NCBI GenBank assembly: GCA_903842505.1
Contig: CAIMMI010000130.1
Span: 1,971-65,970, forward strand
Origin: an uncultured Verrucomicrobiota bacterium
GTDB lineage: Bacteria; Verrucomicrobiota; Verrucomicrobiia; Limisphaerales; UBA9464
DNA length: 64,000 nt
Direction: 5' to 3'
Each line of letters begins with the position of its first letter. Position 1 is the stretch's first letter. The notes beneath the pieces are model-generated. The model did not search any database. It worked only from the letters and a program-made list of their open reading frames with translations, and was not told the origin of the DNA. Below, piece by piece: positions 24,823 to 32,492 of this stretch. The position numbers and the translations under genes are program-made.

Positions 24823-24936
24823 GTCGTACTCGTACTCGTACTCAGCCCGCAGGGCGGTACTCGTACTCGAACCCAACAATCCTCCTCACGAATCCGCTCT
24901 GCCCGAGTAGGAGTAGGAGTACGAGTACGAGTACGC
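24823..24936. repeat. Hexamer-repeat hairpin, (GTACTC)3 ... (GAGTAC)3
   Basis: gtactcgtactcgtactc (24826-24843) is perfectly complementary to gagtacgagtacgagtac (24917-24934). The 73-nt spacer contains further ggtactcgtactcga and gagtaggagtagg copies. It lies in the divergent region between the sigma gene and gene 24995+. Confidence 0.85.
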
Positions 24937-24994
24937 ACTCCAAGCCTCGCGGGCGCGGCTTCCCCTCCCTCCCTCCGCATGGATAACCTCCCTC

Positions 24995-26131
24995 GTGCTC
25001 GCATCGCCTTCCACATCCTCTCCGGCCACCGCGGAGGCGCCTCCGTCCCCCCGGCTCACCTCCCTCGATGCCCTGCGTGGGTTCGACATGTTCTGGATCG
25101 TGGGTGCGGGTGATCTCGTTCACGGACTTGAGAAGATCTCCAAGGAAGGACTCCTGGGCGCCCTCGCTGGCCAACTGCACCACAAGGCCTGGGCCGGACT
25201 GAACTTCGAGGACCAGATCTTCCCGATGTTCGTGTTCATCGCCGGAGTTTCGCTGGTGTTCTCATTGGAGAAGACCCTGCGCGAAACCGACCGCTGGACG
25301 GCGACGCTCCGGATCCTGCGTCGAGCCGCGTTGCTCTATTTCCTCGGCATCCTTTCCTACGGAGGATTCTCGACTCCGTTCGAGCAGATCCGCCTGCTCG
25401 GCGTCCTGCAACGCATCGCCCTTTGCTACCTCGGTGCCGGACTCCTGTTCTGTCACCTGAGACCCCGCGCGCTGGTCGGGGCGTGTGTCGGAATTCTTGT
25501 CGGATATTGGGCGCTGATGACGTTCGTCCCGGTGCCGGGCCATGGCGCAGGGAACTATGCCGAAGGCGCCAACCTCGCGAACTACGTCGACAAGATGTAC
25601 CTCCCGCTCCGCAAGCACGACGGCGATCACGACCCGGAGGGCCTGCTGAGCACGTTGCCGGCGATTGCGACCTGTCTGCTCGGAGTCTTCGCCGGAAAGA
25701 TCCTCAAGGACCCGAATCTGACCGACCGCAGCCGCGTGCTCCGCCTCGTCGTCGGTGGACTGGCCTGTGTTGCGCTCGGCTGGCTCTGGCACCTGCAGTT
25801 CCCGGTCATCAAGAAGATCTGGACCTCGTCCTTCGTGCTGGTGACCGCTGGCTACAGCGCCCTGCTGCTCGCTGCGTTCTATCAGGTGATCGACGTCTGG
25901 AAGTTCCGGAAGTGGGCCATGCCCTTCGTCTGGATCGGCGTGAACCCGATCACAATCTACTTTGGCGGACGGTTCATCGACTTCGAGGCGTTGGCCAAGC
26001 TCTTCGTCGGCGGGCCCATCGGCGCCGCGTTCGGGCCTTACGCGGAGCTGGTCCTCGCCCTCACGACGCTCGGATTCGGCTTCTGGTTCCTGCGCTTCCT
26101 TTACCAACGGAAGATCTTCCTCCGGGTTTGA
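24995..26131 (+). CDS. Acyltransferase-like polytopic membrane protein (DUF5009 / heparan-alpha-glucosaminide N-acetyltransferase-like)
   Basis: It has a GTG start. RLTSLDALRGFDMFWIVG matches the family's N-terminal 'R..SLD..RG' motif, and roughly 9 hydrophobic segments follow. Confidence 0.7.
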   Translation: MLASPSTSSPATAEAPPSPRLTSLDALRGFDMFWIVGAGDLVHGLEKISKEGLLGALAGQLHHKAWAGLNFEDQIFPMFVFIAGVSLVFSLEKTLRETDRWTATLRILRRAALLYFLGILSYGGFSTPFEQIRLLGVLQRIALCYLGAGLLFCHLRPRALVGACVGILVGYWALMTFVPVPGHGAGNYAEGANLANYVDKMYLPLRKHDGDHDPEGLLSTLPAIATCLLGVFAGKILKDPNLTDRSRVLRLVVGGLACVALGWLWHLQFPVIKKIWTSSFVLVTAGYSALLLAAFYQVIDVWKFRKWAMPFVWIGVNPITIYFGGRFIDFEALAKLFVGGPIGAAFGPYAELVLALTTLGFGFWFLRFLYQRKIFLRV

Positions 26132-27026
26132 TCGGCCCGCGGGGCTGAGCCCGGTACGCCGAGGGAGTGCAGCCCATTTCCCGACGGAAAAGCCGGTTGA
26201 AGAAGGTGAGCTGCGGGAACCCACTGCCGAGGGCCACGTCCAGGATCGCCCGATCCGTATCGCGCAGCTCCCGGCAGGCCGCCTGGAGCCGGAGTTGGTT
26301 CACGAACGCGCTGAAGCTGTGTCCCGAGTGCTGCTTGAACTGCCGCGCAAACGTCGGCCGGCTCAACCCCGAGATCCGCAGCAGGTCCGCCAAGCGCACC
26401 TCTTTCCGGAAGTTGGCCACCAGATGCTGCACCGACCGCGAGATGGCGAGCTGGTACTGCGAGGCCGCGCTCAAGGTGAAGCTCCGCGAGGACAAGGGCT
26501 GGAGTTCATTGGAACGCGCCGACGCCAGAAGCGCCAGCAACCGCAGCAACAACGCCAACTGCATGGCCCCCTGCGACCGCGCGATCTCCTGCATCAGGCC
26601 CGTCACCTCGGCCGCCGTCCGACCCTCCAGCCGAAGCCCGCGTTCCGCCCGACGGAACAACTCGCGGAACTCCAGATGTTCCGGGAAGGCCCACACCGGG
26701 TGGCTCTCCGGGAAGTGCCACTGCACCGAAAGCCCGCTCGAAGGTCCACGCGTGTGCCAGTGATGCGGCAGCCGCTCGCCCAACAGGATCAGGTCCCCAC
26801 GACCGAACGCCCCGATGTGATCCCCGATGAACCGGGTGCCCTCACCCGCCTGGAAGAGCGTGAGCTCCATCTCGGGATGGAAATGCCAGCGGTTGCCCTC
26901 GCCCTGCACGCCGACCGCACGCCCCGGCGCGATCAGGCATTCGACGTCGCTCGGCGACCTCGACCACCGGAGCACCCGGAAGGACCGACCTTCCGGCAAC
27001 TCCACCTTCTCGCGCACGGCCTTCAC
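26061..27026 (-). CDS. AraC family transcriptional regulator (cupin-like sensor + HTH)
   Basis: The N-terminal cupin-like block reads NRWHFHPEMELTLFQAGEG..GDLILLGERLPHHW. The C-terminal AraC HTH reads RLADLLRISGLSRPTFARQFKQHSGHSFSAFVNQLRLQAACRELRDTDRAILDVALGSGFPQLTFFNRLFRREMGCTPSAYR. The 3' tail overlaps the end of gene 24995..26131 by 71 nt in convergent orientation. Confidence 0.88.
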   Translation of the reverse strand: MKAVREKVELPEGRSFRVLRWSRSPSDVECLIAPGRAVGVQGEGNRWHFHPEMELTLFQAGEGTRFIGDHIGAFGRGDLILLGERLPHHWHTRGPSSGLSVQWHFPESHPVWAFPEHLEFRELFRRAERGLRLEGRTAAEVTGLMQEIARSQGAMQLALLLRLLALLASARSNELQPLSSRSFTLSAASQYQLAISRSVQHLVANFRKEVRLADLLRISGLSRPTFARQFKQHSGHSFSAFVNQLRLQAACRELRDTDRAILDVALGSGFPQLTFFNRLFRREMGCTPSAYRAQPRGPIKPGGRSSVGKGSAGTRSRIRAS

Positions 27027-27147
27027 AGGGACATTCGTATCCGGATCCCCCGTGCGGGCAAGGAACCATTTGAGATGATAGTGCCATTCCCAAAGACACG
27101 GAGCGTAGCGTCTGCCGCCCCACCTGTTAGGATCCTCCCATCACGAT
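27027..27147. promoter_or_regulatory. Divergent promoter/operator region between AraC and the isomerase operon
   Basis: This 121-bp gap separates divergently transcribed genes. The call rests on position only; I could not assign -35/-10 or AraC half-sites. Confidence 0.4.
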
Positions 27148-28191
27148 ATGAGCACTCCCGTCACGTACCGATTCTCGTTCGGCCCCTGGAACATCAGCGA
27201 AGGTGCCGATCCTTTCGGCGGCGAAGTCCGCGCCGTCTTCCCGCATGAAGCAAAGTTCGCCCTGTACCGCCCGCTCGGATTCGAGGGTGTGCAGTTCCAC
27301 GACGACGACGTCGTGCCGGGCATGGACGGCCTCACGCCGGAGCAGATGGTCCGCAAGGCCACCGAAGTGAAGTCCATGCTCGCGAACCAGGGCCTGACGC
27401 CTGAGTTCGTCGCGCCCCGCCTGTGGTTCGCCGACCAGACCGTCGACGGCGCCTACACCTCGAACAGCGCCACCGACCGCTCCTACGCGTGGGACCGGAC
27501 CTGCCGGTGCATCGACATCGCCCGCGCCGTCGGCTCGAAGGCGATCGTCCTGTGGCTCGCCCGCGAAGGCACCTACATCCGCGAGGCCAAGGACGCCCGC
27601 CTCGCCTACCAACGGCTCCTCGACACCGTGAACGCGATGCTCGACTACGACCGCGAGATCGAGATCTGGATCGAGCCCAAGCCCAACGAACCGACCGACC
27701 AGGCCTACGTCCCGACCATCGGCCACGCCCTCACCCTCAGCTACGCCTCCAAGGATCCGAAGCGCGTGAAGGGCCTGATCGAATCCGCGCACGCCATGCT
27801 CGCCGGCCTCGATGCCAGCGACGAAATGGCTTTCGCGCTCGCCCACGACAAGCTCGCGAGCGTTCACCTGAACGACCAGAACGGCCTGAAGTACGATCAG
27901 GACAAGAATTTCGGCGGAGCCAACCTTCGCGCGGCCTTCAACCAGGTCCGCGTCCTCGAGGAAGGCGGCTACGGTCAACGCGGGGAATTCGTCGGGCTCG
28001 ACGTGAAGGCCATCCGCACCCAGCGCGGTTGCCCGGTCACCGACCATCTCAAGAACAGCCGCGAACTGTTCCTCGCCCTCGTCACCAAGGTCCGCACCCT
28101 CGACGCCAGCCTCGTGCAGCAGTACCGCGATGCGCGGGACTACGAGGCCCTCGAGCTCTACACGCTGAAGCATCTCATGGGTCTGCTCTGA
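27148..28191 (+). CDS. Xylose-isomerase family (class I-like) TIM-barrel sugar isomerase
   Basis: It is clearly collinear with class I xylose isomerase hallmarks: FSFGPW...DPFG, VQFHDDDV, IEPKPNEP, PTIGHAL, ESAHAMLAG, HLNDQNGLKYDQDKNFG and LRAAF. At 347 aa it lacks the long C-terminal helical tail of actinobacterial XylA. Confidence 0.8.
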   Translation: MSTPVTYRFSFGPWNISEGADPFGGEVRAVFPHEAKFALYRPLGFEGVQFHDDDVVPGMDGLTPEQMVRKATEVKSMLANQGLTPEFVAPRLWFADQTVDGAYTSNSATDRSYAWDRTCRCIDIARAVGSKAIVLWLAREGTYIREAKDARLAYQRLLDTVNAMLDYDREIEIWIEPKPNEPTDQAYVPTIGHALTLSYASKDPKRVKGLIESAHAMLAGLDASDEMAFALAHDKLASVHLNDQNGLKYDQDKNFGGANLRAAFNQVRVLEEGGYGQRGEFVGLDVKAIRTQRGCPVTDHLKNSRELFLALVTKVRTLDASLVQQYRDARDYEALELYTLKHLMGLL

Positions 28192-28210
28192 TCCCCTACG
28201 CGCACCGATC

Positions 28211-29038
28211 ATGAAGCAATTCCGCCTCAACCGCCTTTTCAACGCCGCGTCCCAGCGCTGCTTCGACGTCGCCGTCGACCACGGCTTCTTCAACCAGCCC
28301 GGTTTCCTCCAGGGAATCGAGGACATGCGCCGCGTCGTCCAGACGCTCGTCGACGCCGGTCCCGACGCCATCCAGCTGACCATCGGCCAGGCCCGGCACC
28401 TGCAATCGATTCCCGGCAAGCAGAAGCCTGCACTCGTCCTCCGCACGGACACCGCCAACGTCTACGGCAAGGAACTCCCGTCGTCCGCGTTCAGCTTCAT
28501 GATCGAAGAGACGATGCTCCAGGCCGTGCGCCTCGACGCCGCCTGCGTCTGCGTGAACCTGTTCCAGATTCCCGGCGCCCCGGACGTCACCGCCCAGTGC
28601 ATCGAGAACATCCTTCGCCTGAAGCCGGAGGCCGATTACTTCGGCATGCCGATGATGGTCGAGCCGCTCGTGTTCCGCCCCAACAGCGAGGCCGGCGGTT
28701 ACATGGTCGACGGCGACCTCACCAAGATCGTCCACCTGGTCCGTCAGGCGGTCGAACTCGGGGCCGACGTCATCAAGGCCGACCCCACCGACGACGTGTC
28801 GCAGTACCACAAGGTCATCGAGACCGCCTCCGGCATCCCCGTGCTGGTTCGCGGCGGTGGGCGTGTCCCCGATCGCGAGATCCTCGTCCGCACGCAGGGC
28901 CTGCTCCAGCAGGGCGCCTCCGGAATCGTCTATGGCCGGAACGTCATCCAGCACCCGAACCCGCGCGGCATCACCCAGGCCCTCATGGCCATGGTTCACC
29001 GCAACGCTTCGGTCGAGGATGCCCTCGCGCTGATCTGA
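28211..29038 (+). CDS. Class I aldolase, DhnA/FbaB/LsrF family
   Basis: FDVAVDHG is the family N-terminal motif. MMVEP and ADVIKADPT supply the Schiff-base lysine context, and there is also VLVRGGG. The protein is 275 aa. Confidence 0.8.
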   Translation: MKQFRLNRLFNAASQRCFDVAVDHGFFNQPGFLQGIEDMRRVVQTLVDAGPDAIQLTIGQARHLQSIPGKQKPALVLRTDTANVYGKELPSSAFSFMIEETMLQAVRLDAACVCVNLFQIPGAPDVTAQCIENILRLKPEADYFGMPMMVEPLVFRPNSEAGGYMVDGDLTKIVHLVRQAVELGADVIKADPTDDVSQYHKVIETASGIPVLVRGGGRVPDREILVRTQGLLQQGASGIVYGRNVIQHPNPRGITQALMAMVHRNASVEDALALI

Positions 29039-29079
29039 TCCAACGCTTCCCTTCCCCTCCCCTTCCCTTCCTTCATTCC

Positions 29080-30201
29080 GTGAAAACGATCCGCATCGGA
29101 ATCATCGGCGGCGGCCTCATGGGCCGCGAGATGGCCAGCGCCTTCGCGCGCTGGTGCGCGCTCACCGACGTCACCGTCCGCCCCGTGCTCACCGCCGTGG
29201 CCGACCTCAACCCGGCCACCCTGGCCTGGTTCGACGCCATCCCGTCCTGCACGCAGAAGACCACCGACTACCACCAGCTGCTCGCCAACCCGGAGGTCGA
29301 CGTCGTCTACGTCGCGGTTCCCCACAACCTCCACGAGAAGCTCTACTGCGACGTCCTCGCCGCCGGAAAGGATCTCTTCGCGGAGAAGCCCTTCGGCATC
29401 GATCTCGCCTCCGCCCGCCGGATTCTCGACGCCGTCCGCAAGAGCGGCCGCTTCGTCCGGTGCAGTTCCGAGATGCCGTTCTTCCCCGGCGCCCAGCGGG
29501 CGTTTGAACTCGCCCGCGCCGGGAGCTTCGGGCGCGTCCTCGAGGTGGTTTCCGGATTCCATCACAGCAGCGACCTCGATCCGACGAAGGCCGCGAACTG
29601 GAAACGCCTCAACGCGCTGTGCGGTGAAGGCGGCGTGCTCAACGACCTCGGCATGCACGCCTGCCACATCCCGCTCCGCCTCGGCTGGAGGCCTTCCCGC
29701 CTCTTCGCCCAGTTGCAGAAGGGCTACCCGCAGCGGCCCGACGGCAAGGGCGGCCTGACCAATTGCGACACGTGGGACAACGCGATGGTCCATTCCTGGA
29801 TCCGCGTCGGCGACCACGACGTTCCCATGCGCCTCGAGATGAAGCGCCTCGCCCCGGGAGCCACCAACAGCTGGTTCATCGAGATCCTCGGCACCGACGG
29901 CGGTGTCCGCTACAGCACCGCCGACACCAAGGCCCTGTGGCTGTTCGAGCGCGGCAAGGAACAGTTCTGGAAGCGCACCGACCTCGGCTTCGGCACGCCG
30001 TTCAAGACCGTCACCGGCGGCATCTTCGAACCCGGCTTCGCCGACGTCATCCAACAGATGTGGGCCGCCTACCTGATGGAACGCGAAGGCCAGCTCAATG
30101 GCCGCTTCGGCTGCGCGACTCCCGAGGAAGCCCTCGCCACCCACGAGATCTTCGCCGCCGCCCTGCAATCGCAGGCGAACGGATCCGTGGTCAGCCTCTG
30201 A
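29080..30201 (+). CDS. Gfo/Idh/MocA family NAD(P)-dependent oxidoreductase
   Basis: I use the GTG at 29080 (VKTIRIGIIGGGLMGREMA, Rossmann GxGxxG). It also has VVYVAVPHNLHEKL and AEKPFG. The upstream part of ORF 28597..30201 overlaps the aldolase out of frame and was rejected. Confidence 0.85.
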   Translation: MKTIRIGIIGGGLMGREMASAFARWCALTDVTVRPVLTAVADLNPATLAWFDAIPSCTQKTTDYHQLLANPEVDVVYVAVPHNLHEKLYCDVLAAGKDLFAEKPFGIDLASARRILDAVRKSGRFVRCSSEMPFFPGAQRAFELARAGSFGRVLEVVSGFHHSSDLDPTKAANWKRLNALCGEGGVLNDLGMHACHIPLRLGWRPSRLFAQLQKGYPQRPDGKGGLTNCDTWDNAMVHSWIRVGDHDVPMRLEMKRLAPGATNSWFIEILGTDGGVRYSTADTKALWLFERGKEQFWKRTDLGFGTPFKTVTGGIFEPGFADVIQQMWAAYLMEREGQLNGRFGCATPEEALATHEIFAAALQSQANGSVVSL

Positions 30202-30463
30202 GGGGAAGGCGCGAGGGGTTGCAAGCCCGGCACGTCTCGCGCGAAGCCGCGAAGGCGCGAGCGCAAGCTTCGCTCCGGAGTTCTGTCGCCCCTCCGGGGC
30301 TCGAAACTTCACGCGACGCGGGCCCCACGGCTGACGCCGTGGGCTATCGTCTGTCGGTGCTCCGCACCTACGGGACCGCGGGTGGTCTCCGCGAAGCACA
30401 CGGCAACCCGCATAGATGCAGGGCCGCCGAAGCCATTGATCCTGAACGATTCGAGCGATCCAA

Positions 30464-30495
30464 TTGCAGATTGAAAACGCATTTTCAATCTGCAA
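30464..30495. promoter_or_regulatory. AT-rich 32-bp near-perfect palindrome (operator-like or REP-like)
   Basis: The sequence is ttgcagattgaaaacg/cattttcaatctgcaa, with 15 of 16 positions symmetric. It is locally AT-rich in a GC-rich genome and lies 134 nt upstream of gene 30629+. Confidence 0.45.
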
Positions 30496-30628
30496 GACCG
30501 TGTGGAATTCCATGACTCCATGGTCTTCCCACCCACGCGGAAGCATCACTCGCACCCTGTGTCCCTACCGCGTTATCCTGACGCCGGACCGCATCCGCCG
30601 CACCTCACAATCCACCCACCCCGCCTCC

Positions 30629-31588
30629 ATGATCCTCATCCGAACCTTTCGGTCCTTCCTGTCGGCGTCGCTGCTCCTCCTCGCCACCCGCCTGCTCGGG
30701 CAGGAACTGGTCTTCGACTCGCCATCGGCCGCGCGGGAACTCCTCGGGAAGCGCGATCCCTTCATCGAGCGCCTCAGTCCGTTCGACCGCGCTGCCCGGA
30801 TGAAGACGAACGGTCCCGTCGACGAAGCCACGTTCCTCCGCTTCGTCGCCGACTCGGTCGTTGAGTGGAAGCCCGCCGAGATCGAGCGCATCCGCGCCGG
30901 GTTCGACCTGATCCGAGAAGGGCTCCAGAAGACGGGCGCACCGTTGCCTCCGGTGATCCACTTCATCCAGACCACGGGACGCGAGGAAGGCAACGCGCCC
31001 TACACCCGAGGGAACGCCATCATCGTGCCCAGCGGAACCGTCCGACGTCCCTCCACCCAACTCACCGGGATGCTGGCCCACGAGGTTTTCCACGTTCTCT
31101 CCCGATCCAACCCTGCCCTGCGCGACCGACTCTACGCGGCCATCGGGTTCGAACCCTGCGGCGAGGTGCGTCATCCCGCCACACTCGCCGATCGCCGCAT
31201 CACGAATCCCGATGCGCCGATCAACGCGCACGCCATTGAAGTCAGCATGAACGGCGAACGCATGCACGGGGTTCCCATCCTCTTCTCCACGTCGCCCACC
31301 TACGACGCCGAACGCGGCGGCGAGTTCTTCGCCTACCTGAAATTCGAACTGCTGCTCGTGGAACGGACTTCCAACGGCGGGCATCGTGTCCTCTCCGACG
31401 CAGCGGGTCCGCGATGGGTCCCGATCGAGAAGGTCACCGGCTTCCACGAGAAGATCGGCCGCAACACCGGCTACATCCTGCACCCGGAAGAAGTCCTGGC
31501 CGACAACTTCGCCCTGCTGGTGCAAGGGGTCAGCTACGTGAAATCACCCGAGATCCTCGATCGCATCCGGGCAGCGATTGCGAAATGA
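30629..31588 (+). CDS. Secreted hypothetical protein with an HExxH zinc-metallopeptidase-like motif
   Basis: I use the internal ATG at 30629 (MILIRTFRSFLSASLLLLATRLLGQ, signal). It carries LAHEVFHVL (HExxH) and a later HPEEVLADNF. I did not recognise a family. Confidence 0.65.
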   Translation: MILIRTFRSFLSASLLLLATRLLGQELVFDSPSAARELLGKRDPFIERLSPFDRAARMKTNGPVDEATFLRFVADSVVEWKPAEIERIRAGFDLIREGLQKTGAPLPPVIHFIQTTGREEGNAPYTRGNAIIVPSGTVRRPSTQLTGMLAHEVFHVLSRSNPALRDRLYAAIGFEPCGEVRHPATLADRRITNPDAPINAHAIEVSMNGERMHGVPILFSTSPTYDAERGGEFFAYLKFELLLVERTSNGGHRVLSDAAGPRWVPIEKVTGFHEKIGRNTGYILHPEEVLADNFALLVQGVSYVKSPEILDRIRAAIAK

Positions 31589-31591
31589 GGG

Positions 31592-31745
31592 GCGGTTGGG
31601 TTATCCACCGATTTCACAGATTTCACAGATGGGCTGGGACAAGAAGCCTCACCGCTTCGCAGTTTCCATTTCACCCGCCGGGTGAAACGACAGCCTCTCC
31701 CAACCGGCTTCCAATCCGTGTAATCGGTGCAATCTGTGGATCCCA
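31592..31745. repeat. MITE-like dispersed repeat, copy B (inverted relative to copy A)
   Basis: The reverse complement aligns along its whole length with 2358-2500: ..atccacagatt.caccgatt.cacggattggaagccggttg.gagaggctg.cgtttcaccc.gcgggtga...catctgtgaaatctgtg..ggataacccaac. It lies between convergent genes. Confidence 0.8.
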
Positions 31746-31760
31746 CCACCTTTTTCAGGG

Positions 31761-32177
31761 TCAGGCGTTCAGGGCTTTCCCGACCCGGTACCAAGCATCC
31801 TGCGTAGCCTGCTTGGCCTTGCCCCACGCGAGACCCGAGGTGCCACGGGACCGCTCGTACTCCTTGGCGAGGACCGCTTCCGCCTGATCAAACGTCTGAC
31901 CCGGGTACAACCCGCGACCCATGTACCCGATCCGGTAAGCCAGTTGGTAAGTCTCGAACGGGACGCCCGGATCCACGTAGCGGCGCTTGGAGAAATTCAA
32001 CCGCCAGTAAGCCTTCTCCGCATCGGGATCGATCTTCCCGGCCGTAGCCGGTCCCACCACTGCTGACACCGTGTGTGTCATCACGGCCTCCCGCAGGAGT
32101 TCCCGTTTGGCTGCGGCGCTCTTGCCGCTTGTCCGCACCGTCTTCGTCTTCGTTGTCGCTTTCGTTTCTGCGTTCAT
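31761..32177 (-). CDS. Small conserved hypothetical protein
   Basis: I use the internal ATG at 32177 (MNAETKATTKTKTV...). It has a Lys/Thr-rich N-terminus followed by a globular part, AYWRLNFSKRRYVDPGVPFETYQLAYRIGYMGRG...AWGKAKQATQDAWYRV. Composition is protein-like and no function is known to me. Confidence 0.6.
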   Translation of the reverse strand: MNAETKATTKTKTVRTSGKSAAAKRELLREAVMTHTVSAVVGPATAGKIDPDAEKAYWRLNFSKRRYVDPGVPFETYQLAYRIGYMGRGLYPGQTFDQAEAVLAKEYERSRGTSGLAWGKAKQATQDAWYRVGKALNA

Positions 32178-32492
32178 GAATTCACTTCGTTCAACCGCAT
32201 TTCGCCGCCGGCGACAGATTCGCCGGATGGCGCTGCCCCACACGGGCAACTCCTCCGCTGCACCGGAAACGGCCGCAGGACCCGCCCTTGGCGGGTACCG
32301 CCGAGCCCAAAAGGTCCGCTTCACCGTTCCGGCAATCCGCGCATCCTACGGATTTCACAGGAGAGCGATACCAATCAATGCACTCTCCTGCGTGAAGCGT
32401 TCAAATGGGCGGCTCGTGGGGACACCCGCCCCACCACTCTCTGGGGCCTGTGTCCGCATTCACTCCACGAAGGAATCGGGAGGGTGATGGCG

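Noticed and set aside
24639-25183. Several 60-145-aa ORFs across the sigma/acyltransferase intergenic region (YEYEYE / VLVLVL / RTRTRT translations)
   Set aside because: These are translations of the (GTACTC)n hairpin and heptad tract. They are not coding.
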